Of a DNA stretch of 63,599 bases, positions 29,673-39,380 are shown piece by piece. The position numbers and the translations under genes were made by a program. The stretch's first letter is position 1; every line of letters begins with the position of its first letter. A model generated the notes under the pieces. The model was not told the origin of the DNA, did no database searches, and saw only the letters and a program-made list of their open reading frames with translations. The stretch is from Acidilobaceae archaeon. Its GTDB lineage: Archaea > Thermoproteota > Thermoprotei_A > Sulfolobales > Acidilobaceae. Location of the stretch: positions 1-63,599 of the forward strand of contig JALSOR010000005.1 in assembly GCA_026986415.1 (NCBI GenBank). The letters run 5' to 3'.

Positions 29673-30932
29673 CTATATGTGCGTTGATGTCGTGCTAACT
29701 TTAGTTTCCCTCTCGCTCTTCCCCCTCTTTTTAACTTTTTCGACCGCCCGGACAAGGTCTCTCATGCTAATCTCTCTTCTCCCCTCTCTTATAGCATAAA
29801 AGCCAGCCTCTACAACAACAGCCTTGAGATCGGCCCCGCTGAACCCCTCAGTCATAGAAGCCAGCTTGGCGATATCAACGTTATCCGCATATTTTGTCCT
29901 GCCAAGATGTATTTTCAGTATCTCCACCCTTGCCCTATAGTCGGGGAGCGGGACCTCTATTATCCTGTCAAACCTGCCAGGTCTGAGCAGGGCAGGATCT
30001 AGAAGGTCGAGCCTGTTAGTGGCCGCTATTACTTTAACATTCGAAAGCGGGTCGAACCCGTCCATCTCGGCGAGAAGCTGGAGAAGCGTTCTCTGAACCT
30101 CACGGTCACCACTCGTGCCCAGGTCTGCCCTTCTAGCCCCTATCCCGTCTATCTCGTCGATAAAGATTACTGCCGGTGCGTTTCTCCTCGCATACCTGAA
30201 AACTTCTCTGACTATTCTCGCACCCTCTCCTATAAACTTGTTCACAAGCTCGCTAGCAACTATCCTTATGAAAATAGCGTCAGACTCGCTCGCAACGGCT
30301 TTTGCAAGCATAGTCTTGCCGGTGCCTGGAGGACCATAGAGTAGAACACCCTTCGGCGGCTCGATACCTATCTCTTTAAACAGCTCTGGTTGCTTTAATG
30401 GGAGAACTACAACCTCATATAGTTCTCTTATCTGGCTTTCCAGGCCGCCAATATCCTTGAACGTGATCCCAGGCTTCTCTACTACCTCCATGGCCTTAAC
30501 CATTGGGTCTACCCTTGAGGGTAGAACCTCGACTATAGTGCTACCCCTATTGTTCAACGCTACAACCATTCCAGGCCTAAGCGTGCTGGGATCAATGTCT
30601 TTCGAAATCTGGACGACCAGGTTGGGCCCTGTCGTGCTCTTGACAACGGCTCGCCCATTATCGAGAACCTCTAACACGGTCGCCTCTATTAGTGGAGGCG
30701 ACATGAGCTTGTAGACTTCTCTCTGCACATCGTCGAGCTTTCTCCTAAGATCGTTATTTATCTTTGTCAGCATCCTAACCCGCTCCTGGAGGACGCGTAG
30801 CTGTTCCTCCAAGTCGATATATGGCGGCGTCGTGCTAGTGCTGCTCTTTCTACGTCCGGCATTACTCACTGACACGCTGATTGTCACCAGTAAAGCTTTT
30901 AACACTACCAGCCTTAATAAGGGACGAGTCAC
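29673..30932 (-). CDS. pan: Proteasome-activating nucleotidase (PAN, AAA+ ATPase)
   Basis: Coiled-coil N-terminus, OB region ([16 protein letters not shown]), Walker [14 protein letters not shown], Walker B IIFIDEID, and second region of homology. The true start is probably one of the GTG codons at 30869-30887. Confidence 0.9.
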   Translation of the reverse strand: MTRPLLRLVVLKALLVTISVSVSNAGRRKSSTSTTPPYIDLEEQLRVLQERVRMLTKINNDLRRKLDDVQREVYKLMSPPLIEATVLEVLDNGRAVVKSTTGPNLVVQISKDIDPSTLRPGMVVALNNRGSTIVEVLPSRVDPMVKAMEVVEKPGITFKDIGGLESQIRELYEVVVLPLKQPELFKEIGIEPPKGVLLYGPPGTGKTMLAKAVASESDAIFIRIVASELVNKFIGEGARIVREVFRYARRNAPAVIFIDEIDGIGARRADLGTSGDREVQRTLLQLLAEMDGFDPLSNVKVIAATNRLDLLDPALLRPGRFDRIIEVPLPDYRARVEILKIHLGRTKYADNVDIAKLASMTEGFSGADLKAVVVEAGFYAIREGRREISMRDLVRAVEKVKKRGKSERETKVSTTSTHI

Positions 30933-31040
30933 CTAAATCCTAGACAGATTACCAGCTAATAACCCGCAGTATATACTATGGGTATCACTGGCCGTTCACA
31001 ATATAAACCCTCCCAGGGACACGCATTCACCAGGCAGAGG

Positions 31041-31556
31041 ATGCGAGCCATGCCGTCCTCATCTAAGGAGCCACTATACTGTGAGGTTTGCGGTGCCAGG
31101 ATAGCCGGTAGACCCTACCGGGCCATAGTGGATGGCGTAGAAATGATACTATGCGCGAGCTGCTATCTAAAACTCACAAAAAGCGGGCGGGCAGTACCAG
31201 TGCGTGAGAGGCCTCGTAAAGCCTCGGTGAGCGAGAAGCGGAGGAGGACAATGCGTAGAACGCTAGAGCTTTACGATATAGTCGAAGACTACTATGACAG
31301 GATAAAGGAGGCAAGAGAGGCTAAAGGATGGACCCTGAAAGTTCTGGCCGAGAAGTTAAAGATAAGCGAGTCGCTACTACGAAAAATAGAGGCTGGAAAA
31401 CTTAAGCCCCCAGTCGACCTGGCCAGGCGCATGGAGAAAATACTAAAGATAAAACTCTTGGAGCCGACAGAGCTCGAGGAGGAAGAAGAGGAAAACCTAC
31501 CTCCAGGCACGCTAACTCTCGGAGATATAGTTGTTGTTAGGAGGGACGAAGAATAA
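31041..31556 (+). CDS. mbf1: Multiprotein bridging factor 1 (aMBF1): zinc ribbon plus XRE-type HTH
   Basis: CEVCGARIAG...CASCY zinc ribbon, then WTLKVLAEKLKISESLLRKIEAGKLKP HTH. ATG 31041 is preferred over the ORF-track start at 30978. Confidence 0.8.
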   Translation: MRAMPSSSKEPLYCEVCGARIAGRPYRAIVDGVEMILCASCYLKLTKSGRAVPVRERPRKASVSEKRRRTMRRTLELYDIVEDYYDRIKEAREAKGWTLKVLAEKLKISESLLRKIEAGKLKPPVDLARRMEKILKIKLLEPTELEEEEEENLPPGTLTLGDIVVVRRDEE

Positions 31557-31594
31557 CGAGAAAAGCAATACTGATCCTGCCTAAAAAGGGGAGA

Positions 31595-32638
31595 GTGAGC
31601 CTGGAGGAGGTAAGAGCGCTAGCTCACACTGCAGGCTACGAGATCATAGAAATATTCAGGACCCGTTATAGGAACAGGATCGGGTCCGGCCTTCTAGAAC
31701 GCATATCGTACATGTCTGAAGAGGCTGACACGATAATATTCTACGGGAACCCGTCCCCCTCCACGGTCTTCCAGCTAATGAAAGCCACCCGTAAACCGGT
31801 CGTGGACAGGGTACAACTCATACTAGAAATATTCGCTAGACACGCTGGGAGTAGGGAGGCCAAACTCCAGATCGAAATGGCTAGGATAAAACACGAGCTG
31901 CCACTGGTGAGGGAGTATATTAGGAGGAGCAAGATGGGCGAATACCCAGGCTTCCTAGGTCCTGGAAGGTACGCTGTTGACGCCTACTACCGCCATCTTA
32001 CAAGTAAGCTCGCAAGGATAAGGCGACAGCTCGAAAAGCTGAAAGATACGAGGAGGCTGCGGAGAAATGCTAGGAGGAGGCTCGGGCTGCCTCAGGCTGC
32101 GATAGTGGGCTATGCGAGCGCCGGCAAGACGAGTATTTTCAACGCCCTCAGCGGCGAGTCGAAGCCTGTCGGCGAAGAATATTTTACAACCTTACATCCC
32201 AAACACAAGCTCGTCACAGGAAAGCATGGGAGAATAGTCCTTGTGGACACTGTAGGTTTCATAAGGGACATACCGCCGGAGATAATCGAGGCGTTCTACG
32301 CGACCCTAGAGGAAATAGTTGATAGCGACACAATAATATTTGTTGTAGATATCTCAGAACCTCTAGATACGATCAGGGAAAAGGTAGTGTCAGGACTGGA
32401 TATTATGGCTAGAATAGGTGCAGTGGGGAAACCCGTAATAGTAGCCGCCAATAAGATGGATCTCACTGATCCCTCACATGCAGGCAAGGCTATAAGTATT
32501 ATACGCAAGATTCTAGACGAGAGAGGAATAGAAAACACTGTTATACCCGTGTCCGCCATGACTGGAGAGGGCCTCGAGAGATTGTTAGAGGTAAGCACTA
32601 AGAAGGCCTACCCTAAGAGCCTCCATGAGAGGGGATAG
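31595..32638 (+). CDS. hflX: GTPase HflX
   Basis: G1 [15 protein letters not shown]3 DTVGF and G4 NKMD. The first canonical start is GTG 31595, but an HflX-like N-terminal strand (KAILIL) is encoded upstream, starting at ATA 31553 (see findings). Confidence 0.85.
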   Translation: MSLEEVRALAHTAGYEIIEIFRTRYRNRIGSGLLERISYMSEEADTIIFYGNPSPSTVFQLMKATRKPVVDRVQLILEIFARHAGSREAKLQIEMARIKHELPLVREYIRRSKMGEYPGFLGPGRYAVDAYYRHLTSKLARIRRQLEKLKDTRRLRRNARRRLGLPQAAIVGYASAGKTSIFNALSGESKPVGEEYFTTLHPKHKLVTGKHGRIVLVDTVGFIRDIPPEIIEAFYATLEEIVDSDTIIFVVDISEPLDTIREKVVSGLDIMARIGAVGKPVIVAANKMDLTDPSHAGKAISIIRKILDERGIENTVIPVSAMTGEGLERLLEVSTKKAYPKSLHERG

Positions 32639-32640
32639 GC

Positions 32641-33192
32641 TTGATCTCCCCCTACAAGAGAATCTATGTTCTCCGCCTGGGCCATAGGCCTGGGAGGGAT
32701 AAACGTGTTACCACTCACGCAGCGCTTGTTGCTAGAGCCTTCGGCGCTAACGGTTTCATACTAGCTGGAGTCTGCGATCCCAGCGTTGAGAGGAGTCTCG
32801 AGAGAGTCCAATACTGTTGGGGCGGGGACTTGCATTACGAGTGTGGGGTTGGCGGTAAAAGTTATGTTGAGAGATGGAAGGATAGCGGTGGGGAGGTTAT
32901 ACACCTGACAATGTACGGCGTGCCGGTCGACGATATTATAGGGGAGATACGTTCGAGCCCGCGCGACAAGCTCATCGTTATTGGGGCGGAGAAGGTCGAA
33001 CGGTACTATTATGATAGTGCGGATTACAATGTCGCTATAGGCAGCCAGCCTCACAGCGAGATAGCGGCACTAGCAGTCTTTCTTGACAGACTATTTAGGG
33101 GGCGGCAACTCTATCTAGAATTTACTGGTGCCAAGAAGAAGATCATACCGCAAACACGCGGCAAAAAGGTGGTTGGTAGTGGAGAATGTTGA
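32641..33192 (+). CDS. trm56: tRNA (cytidine56-2'-O)-methyltransferase Trm56 (SPOUT)
   Basis: [28 protein letters not shown] is the aTrm56 N-terminal signature. TTG start. Confidence 0.8.
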   Translation: MISPYKRIYVLRLGHRPGRDKRVTTHAALVARAFGANGFILAGVCDPSVERSLERVQYCWGGDLHYECGVGGKSYVERWKDSGGEVIHLTMYGVPVDDIIGEIRSSPRDKLIVIGAEKVERYYYDSADYNVAIGSQPHSEIAALAVFLDRLFRGRQLYLEFTGAKKKIIPQTRGKKVVGSGEC

Positions 33193-33748
33193 TTCCGACC
33201 CCAAAATGATTTCTCTCCTCAAATTTATCAGGAGGCTGGCGAGAGAGTACGGGTTGGACCCAGATAAGGCTGAGACCATATTCAGGGTCCTCCTAGAGAC
33301 GGATGCCGATAAGGGTATTAGCGATGAGGAGCTAGCCCAGAAGCTCGGCTATAAGCAGAGCGATGTTAGAAGAGTGCTCCGTCTCCTATACGTTTACAGG
33401 TTCGCAAACTATAGGCGTGGCAGGCATCCCAGGACCGGGGCTACAAGGTATTATTGGTATATTGATATCATGCACCTCAACATTGTTCTAGTATGGCTGA
33501 AGAAGGCCGTACTCGAGAAGCTAAAGTACAGGTTGGAGTACGAGGAGGCGAACATATTCTATAGGTGTCCTAGGGATGGGACCCGGTACACTTTCGAGGA
33601 GGCGTTCCAATACGACTTCCAATGCCCCCGCTGCGGCTCCATACTCGAAGAGGACGATAACACGCAAACCAAGAAAATCCTCGCCTCCTATATTAGACGG
33701 CTAGAGGAGGAGATAGAAGAGGATGAGAGAAGATTACGTGCTGATTGA
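33179..33748 (+). CDS. tfe: Transcription factor E (TFE alpha)
   Basis: Winged helix ([24 protein letters not shown]) and zinc ribbon [40 protein letters not shown] 33179 is preceded by AGGTGG; ATG 33206 is an alternative. Confidence 0.8.
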   Translation: MENVDSDPKMISLLKFIRRLAREYGLDPDKAETIFRVLLETDADKGISDEELAQKLGYKQSDVRRVLRLLYVYRFANYRRGRHPRTGATRYYWYIDIMHLNIVLVWLKKAVLEKLKYRLEYEEANIFYRCPRDGTRYTFEEAFQYDFQCPRCGSILEEDDNTQTKKILASYIRRLEEEIEEDERRLRAD

Positions 33749-34739
33749 CCTTTTCAGCGGGGGAGGCGGATACGCTAGAGGTTTCGTGGACACGGGAAGA
33801 TACAGGCATGTCCTCGGTGTAGACAATTATCCTCCAGCCGCGAGAACATATACTGTAAACTTTCCCTCCGCGCAGTTCATCGCCGATGATATTAAAGAGG
33901 TAACTGGCAGGCTCATACGCGACTATACTGGGATCGGGAGGGGAGAGGTTGACGTTATAACGGCGAGCCCGCCTTGCGAGCCATTCACAGGGGCCAACCC
34001 TAAGCGGATGCGAGACCCTCTGGACCGCCTCTACCGGGATCCTGCCGGCCAGCTATTCTTACACGCTATCAGGCTCATCGGGGAGTTACAACCCCGAGTC
34101 TTTATTATAGAAAACGTTCCCGGGATAATGGAAGCCCCTATTAGGAGGTCGATACGCGCCGAGCTGGCCAGAGTAGGCTATGACACAGTATACTTCAACG
34201 TTCTAAGAGCAGAGGAGCATGGGACCCCTAGCAGGAGGATAAGGGTTTTCGTTTCCAACATACGCTTACAGCCTGCCAGGTCTAAGCCTCCAACTGTATG
34301 GGAGGCTCTAAAGGATCTGCCACCGCCGGGCTCCCCCTATCCTCCAAACCACGAGGCAGGACAAATACCCTCAAGGCATAGAAGGAGGCTCCCAAGGCTC
34401 AGGTGGGGAGAGAGCCTTATAACCTATCAGGGGGCGAAGAGGAGGCTCCCAAACTACATAAGATTGCACCCCTACAGGATCGCGCCTACAGTGATGGGCA
34501 CGAGCAGGTTCATACACCCCTTCGAGGACCGGCTCCTCACAGTTAGAGAACAGGCCAGGCTCATGGGATTCCCCGACTACCACGTCTTCGTTGGAAGCAG
34601 GGATGCACAGTACGATATGGTGGGAGAAGCCGTGCCGCCTCCCCTAGCCAGAAGTATCGCTCTTGTAGCCGCCGGAGTCCTAGACAATTATTATTCCGAT
34701 CATACACGCCACTCATTAGAGGAGAGAGAAGCCAGGTGA
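33723..34739 (+). CDS. C5-cytosine methyltransferase (Dcm/Dnmt family)
   Basis: Motif [14 protein letters not shown], motif IV ASPPCEPFT, motif VI ENVPGI, motif VIII RRIRVFV, REQARLMGFPDYHVF and motif X GEAVPPPLA. The start overlaps the tfe 3' end by 26 nt. Confidence 0.85.
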   Translation: MREDYVLIDLFSGGGGYARGFVDTGRYRHVLGVDNYPPAARTYTVNFPSAQFIADDIKEVTGRLIRDYTGIGRGEVDVITASPPCEPFTGANPKRMRDPLDRLYRDPAGQLFLHAIRLIGELQPRVFIIENVPGIMEAPIRRSIRAELARVGYDTVYFNVLRAEEHGTPSRRIRVFVSNIRLQPARSKPPTVWEALKDLPPPGSPYPPNHEAGQIPSRHRRRLPRLRWGESLITYQGAKRRLPNYIRLHPYRIAPTVMGTSRFIHPFEDRLLTVREQARLMGFPDYHVFVGSRDAQYDMVGEAVPPPLARSIALVAAGVLDNYYSDHTRHSLEEREAR

Positions 34740-34746
34740 TAATCTT

Positions 34747-35205
34747 ATGGCCGAGATAATACCCGTAATACATAATGTTAGTAGCGTACAGAGGCTCGTG
34801 GACAGTGTGAGGGTTGCCTACTCCCTCGGTGCTAGAACCGTTGTCGCCTCAAAAGTCTATGGTGGGGCCGCACAGAGCGGCGTGCCGGAAGCCATGCGCA
34901 TCGCCCTCAAACTCGACAGGTCCCTTCTAGTCCTATCAGACCTCAGGGACGCTTTCGAGCTCCTCAACCCCGACCATGTATACCTGGTAACCAGAGACTA
35001 CGCGGAAATGGAGATCGACCCGTCAACTCCCAGCCTCGAGGTTAAGAACCGCGTGCTAATAGTCTTCTCCGGGGCGGACCCGGAGTTCTCCCCCGCAGAG
35101 CTCAAACTTGGAACCCCCATCTACTTCAGAGGGGTAAAACAACGTTTAGGGCCTGTAGGGGAAGCCGCCCTCCTCCTATACTATCTTCTCGGAGATAGGG
35201 GGTAG
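34747..35205 (+). CDS. Conserved archaeal protein, possibly SPOUT-like (COG4080-like)
   Basis: 152 aa, IIPVIHNVSSVQRLVDSVRVAYSLGARTVVASKVYGGAAQSGVPEA. The family call comes from weak recollection only. Confidence 0.3.
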   Translation: MAEIIPVIHNVSSVQRLVDSVRVAYSLGARTVVASKVYGGAAQSGVPEAMRIALKLDRSLLVLSDLRDAFELLNPDHVYLVTRDYAEMEIDPSTPSLEVKNRVLIVFSGADPEFSPAELKLGTPIYFRGVKQRLGPVGEAALLLYYLLGDRG

Positions 35206-35209
35206 CCGG

Positions 35210-36373
35210 ATGGCGTCAACCGGTAGGACGGTCAAGGAGCTCCTAAAACTTATAAGACACTATTCTAGCGTTGCAATCGATATGGCACTCTACGCTCTCT
35301 ACTCTGGAGACAAGTCTATAGCACTGGAGACCCTGAAAATCGAGAGGAAAGTCGACGACTATGTTAGAGAGCTCATAAGCCGTGTCAGCCTCGCCATACG
35401 AGACCCTGACGATGCAGGCCTAGCAGTCGGGATCGCCGAAGTGGGGCGCGCGCTAGACAAGGTTACAGACGCTGCCGGGGATCTCGCAGGGCTCGTGCTG
35501 AGAGGATACCCGGTGCACGACTATATCAGACACATAATAAACTGTTGCGGCGACCTTGTCCTCCTACTCCATAGTAAGAAGAGTCTCAGGGATCTCCCCT
35601 CAATAGTCGACCTCTTACTTGTCAAACGGGGCGAGACTTACCTTGTAGCCCCCGAGCTCACGAAAATAGAGAAAGGGGACCTAGTAGTTGTCAGGGGGAC
35701 CTTCGACGAGATACAAGAGCTAGCAAGGGCTGTTGGGGACGCGGATGCCGTGGAGAGCATACGTGCCTCGACAGTAACCAACAATATACCGGGAGAGGAG
35801 CTCGCAAGCCGGCTTCTAAGAATAAAAACGCTCGCAAGACTCGCGCTCGACCTCGCATTCCACTCGATTATTTATGGGGATCAGAGCGTGGCTAGCCTTG
35901 TAGGCGAGATGGAAGACACTGTTGACAGCCTATACCATGAAATCTTAGAATACTCCTATTACGAGTCAAACCCCTCCATAGCCAGGGAAATGGTCTCAAT
36001 CGCAATATTCGACACGGCAATGGAAACTATTGCAGACGCTGCCATGCAGCTCTCGAACATTGTGAAAAGGATAGACGAGTACAGCATACTGATAAGCGAG
36101 GCTCTCGAGGAAGCGGAAGAGGTATACTTAAAACTCAGAGTCACAGGGAAGCTTGACGGCAAACGCCTGGGAGACCTGGGCCTTGCAGACCTGGGACTCT
36201 CGGTAATAGCGATAGGCAAGAATGGGGGCTGGATAGTTCCTGTAACTCCTGACAGGGTTCTAGAGGAGGGCGACATTGTTCTCGCTAAATATTACAGGCC
36301 GGAGAACGAGGATAAAGAGGAGAGGATCGAAGATATTCTAGAGCAAATGGGGTTCGAAATAGAGGAGGACTAG
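35210..36373 (+). CDS. PhoU-like plus TrkA-C (RCK_C) domain regulatory protein, duplicated module
   Basis: Two repeats of a helical PhoU-like segment, each followed by a TrkA-C-like segment (GDLVVVRGTFDEIQEL; EGDIVLAKYY). Confidence 0.6.
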   Translation: MASTGRTVKELLKLIRHYSSVAIDMALYALYSGDKSIALETLKIERKVDDYVRELISRVSLAIRDPDDAGLAVGIAEVGRALDKVTDAAGDLAGLVLRGYPVHDYIRHIINCCGDLVLLLHSKKSLRDLPSIVDLLLVKRGETYLVAPELTKIEKGDLVVVRGTFDEIQELARAVGDADAVESIRASTVTNNIPGEELASRLLRIKTLARLALDLAFHSIIYGDQSVASLVGEMEDTVDSLYHEILEYSYYESNPSIAREMVSIAIFDTAMETIADAAMQLSNIVKRIDEYSILISEALEEAEEVYLKLRVTGKLDGKRLGDLGLADLGLSVIAIGKNGGWIVPVTPDRVLEEGDIVLAKYYRPENEDKEERIEDILEQMGFEIEED

Positions 36374-36422
36374 ACGGGTATAATGAGGGTGGCAACATAA
36401 CGTTTATAGCGGGGATTAAAGG

Positions 36423-37661
36423 ATGCCCCGTATCCCCCCAGAGCTCTGCGCTAAGTGTAAAGGATATAAGAGGCTATGCGGGCTCCCGAGATGCCCTATC
36501 CTAGACATGTTCCGGGGCCAGCTCCAGGCGTCGCTAAAACTTTCAGGCAACTTGGCCCGGGGGGATACACCCCCGGGAGCCCTAGTGGGGGAGTCTGGAT
36601 ACCCGAAGGTCAACCTCTACTTTCTAATCCCCCCGGGAGAGCATGGCGATAATGCGAGATTCTACGACGATCCTATCATCTGGGAGGAAAAGCGTGTACC
36701 GCTATCCCAGATTATACGGCTCCGCTCGGGTATGGTGGCCGGGCGGTTAGCGCTGGATGCGAAGAACCCTTTCTCACTCTACGAGTCGGAGGTGGCGTTA
36801 GCTGTCGTAAGCGAGAGGCCTGTCTCCTCTGAGGCCCTACTCGCTAAGCCTCCGCTTCCAAGACTGCGCTTCCACGGGATAACAAAGCCGTTAGGGCCCG
36901 TGGCTCCGGCCGAGAAGGTGGTTATAGATGGTTCTCCCAGGGTGCCCCGCAGGCTTGAAATGCTTATCTGGGATGATGCTAGCGCGAGAGATGCCGTCTG
37001 GGAAGCCTACAGGTCCGGAATCGACATTTATACTATACAAAGGGCGTTCTCCCTGGGTATGATGGGGCGTCTCAAGAGGAGGAGGCTAGTACCGACAAGG
37101 TGGAGCATAACTGCCGTGGACGAGCTACTCTCTGGTGTAATACGTGAACATATTCGTGTCAACCCCCCAGTTGACAATGTTGAAGTGTACCATAACACCT
37201 ATCTTGGCAACAAGTTCACCGTCATACTCCTCCCAGGACCCGGCAGCATAGAGTGGGTCGAAGTATGGCACCCCAACACCATATGGACCCGAGGCTCCAG
37301 CAAGCCTGTAGTATACAGCCTCTACGAGGACCCGCTAGGTAAAAAGACGATGGAGGATGGGGGATACTCTGCCGCTAAAATAGCGGTCCTAGAACACCTC
37401 TGGAAACGGGGTAGAACCGCTGACATCGTCATAATCAGAGAGATACTTCCAAGCTACTATGCTCCCATCGGCAACTGGCATATAAGGGAGACTGTCCGTA
37501 GAGCTCTCGGCTCGGGCCCCGTCGCGAGCTTCTCCAGCATTCAAGAGGCTAAATCCCTAGTGGATAGGCTTGTCTCCAGAGAATACCGCGACCTCATTTA
37601 TTCGAGAACAGGCCTTCTCGGCTACAAGCGGAAAACCACACGGCTTACAGATTACTTTTAA
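36423..37661 (+). CDS. Nre-family (DUF650/DUF651) putative DNA repair protein
   Basis: N-terminal Cys cluster CAKCKGYKRLCGLPRCP. 412 aa, with a C-terminal PIP-like TTRLTDYF. Confidence 0.6.
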   Translation: MPRIPPELCAKCKGYKRLCGLPRCPILDMFRGQLQASLKLSGNLARGDTPPGALVGESGYPKVNLYFLIPPGEHGDNARFYDDPIIWEEKRVPLSQIIRLRSGMVAGRLALDAKNPFSLYESEVALAVVSERPVSSEALLAKPPLPRLRFHGITKPLGPVAPAEKVVIDGSPRVPRRLEMLIWDDASARDAVWEAYRSGIDIYTIQRAFSLGMMGRLKRRRLVPTRWSITAVDELLSGVIREHIRVNPPVDNVEVYHNTYLGNKFTVILLPGPGSIEWVEVWHPNTIWTRGSSKPVVYSLYEDPLGKKTMEDGGYSAAKIAVLEHLWKRGRTADIVIIREILPSYYAPIGNWHIRETVRRALGSGPVASFSSIQEAKSLVDRLVSREYRDLIYSRTGLLGYKRKTTRLTDYF

Positions 37662-37926
37662 TTTCCTAATAATATCAGTGAACGTTCAGGTTTCGACATT
37701 CGCCGTTACCACCTATCACAGTGTTAACCGGGGGGTTAACAGTCTACGACAATAGCTACTACCACCCGGCAAGGAAGGTTCACACATGGTTTCTTGCCGG
37801 TGAAGGGCAGGGTAGTACGTATACCATTCTACAAACAGTAATATCTCAAGCTTAACCAGGTCTAAACACGAACACTAACCCCCGACCATAATACACCGTG
37901 TGTATAGTTGTAGTAGATACTGGCGG

Positions 37927-38685
37927 CTATCCACTGCATTCTGCGAGTAGCCGTTTAGCGTTCTTAGAGAGGCCTATCCTTATACCGAGCTTGGGGTCAG
38001 TGTAGAGGTAGACTAGATTCTTGGATTGTAGCTTCCGTGCTACTGTTAGGAGCCATTTGTAGTCTGCGTGCATGAGCTCTGCGAGCTGGTCGATGTACAT
38101 GTATGTGCTACCCCATTTCGTGTAGTGTGACAGAACGGCTGATAGGAGGTCTATCTCGTCCTCTTCAAGGTCGTGCTCTACAAGTGATAGGAGGCATGCG
38201 GCCTGTTCGGCCCTATCTTGCAGTTTATTGCCTGGTTGACGTTTTTTGGCGGCAATGAATGGCAATGAAGGATCGTGTCCGGGCGCTGACAGCGTTTTTG
38301 TTTTGTTGTTTCTTGCCGTCTTAACGTGTGTGTTCGATATGATACGTTGGGCTAGGGCTGCTAGCCTGTCATATTTCTCGTCGGACTCTCTTTCAGCTAC
38401 TACCTGCGCGTACTCCTCGCCGAGCGGGGTAAGCATCCAGAAGCCGGCGGTATACTCTACATACCCACGGGTTTTCCAGTAGGAGAGATAGCTCGATACG
38501 TACCGTGTCTCTAGTCCTAGAAGGCCTGCTATTTCGGCTGCTCGCATCGGCCTGCTGAGCAGGAGAACCATTATTGCGTCGACAATTTTGCTTCTAGGCC
38601 CGGTACGGGTCTTGCCGGGGGCTGTCGTGCGTCCCTGTTTGCCCTTTATCCTGGCTATGATATCTTCATAGTTCCTGTCCACCAC
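37927..38685 (-). CDS. Double winged-helix protein (WhiP/Cdt1-like candidate or transcription regulator)
   Basis: N-terminal wHTH MRAAEIAGLLGLETRYVSSYLSYWKTRGYVEY. The second wHTH-like C-terminal part is IDQLAELMHADYKWLLTVARKLQSKNLVYLY. The two are joined by a basic linker. Confidence 0.45.
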   Translation of the reverse strand: MVDRNYEDIIARIKGKQGRTTAPGKTRTGPRSKIVDAIMVLLLSRPMRAAEIAGLLGLETRYVSSYLSYWKTRGYVEYTAGFWMLTPLGEEYAQVVAERESDEKYDRLAALAQRIISNTHVKTARNNKTKTLSAPGHDPSLPFIAAKKRQPGNKLQDRAEQAACLLSLVEHDLEEDEIDLLSAVLSHYTKWGSTYMYIDQLAELMHADYKWLLTVARKLQSKNLVYLYTDPKLGIRIGLSKNAKRLLAECSG

Positions 38686-38714
38686 GCTCGCACCATTACT
38701 ATTCTTTTACATCT

Positions 38715-39380
38715 TTACTCTCCGGGGTATGGGTTCGATCGTGGTGTTACACGGGTAGTATCGTGTCTTGCGCATTCCTCTGAGAGTATGTTTATGCAGG
38801 CGGTGAGAATCTTGTGTTGGCAGCGTGCTGGAGCTATTATGATAACCCCCCGGTTAACGGTGCGGGGGAGCAGGCCTGAAACGGCACGTACTATCTCGTC
38901 GGGGACGCCCGGCAAGACGAGCTCGCCGTCGCGCACGCTACCGATAACGCTCGCCCGGCATCCCTCCATGACGATATGGTCCCGGAAAAGGTAGACGTCG
39001 GTAAGCGTGCCCGGCCCTTCAACACAATTAATATTGCAGTAGAAGTAGCCGTCTCCCCATAAAACGCCGTATCCCCGCCCCCAACGCATAGAGCTCATGA
39101 TATCGTCCAGGACCGCCCTACCGAGAGGCGCTAGTATGGCCCCATAAGGGGTAGTTATTGTTAGCCCAGCCTTTTCTGTATGCGAGAGCAGGGTTTTAAC
39201 AGGCCTCTCCCCCAGCCCGAGGAGCCGCGAGATTGTGGGTCTCCCGGCAGGATGGTCTGCCAGAAGGCGTAGTACTGCCAGGACATGCCCTGCCCGGTAG
39301 CCTCTACAGCCTCCCCTCCTCTCCCCTGCTAGGCTCGCGAGAAGTCTGGCCGCCTCGCAGGCCGACTCTGGGCATGACAT
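38715..39380 (-). CDS. wHTH-containing protein (DUF4443-like)
   Basis: HVLAVLRLLADHPAGRPTISRLLGLGERPVKTLLSHTEKAGL. ATG 39380 is preceded by GAGGGTG. Confidence 0.45.
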   Translation of the reverse strand: MSCPESACEAARLLASLAGERRGGCRGYRAGHVLAVLRLLADHPAGRPTISRLLGLGERPVKTLLSHTEKAGLTITTPYGAILAPLGRAVLDDIMSSMRWGRGYGVLWGDGYFYCNINCVEGPGTLTDVYLFRDHIVMEGCRASVIGSVRDGELVLPGVPDEIVRAVSGLLPRTVNRGVIIIAPARCQHKILTACINILSEECARHDTTRVTPRSNPYPGE

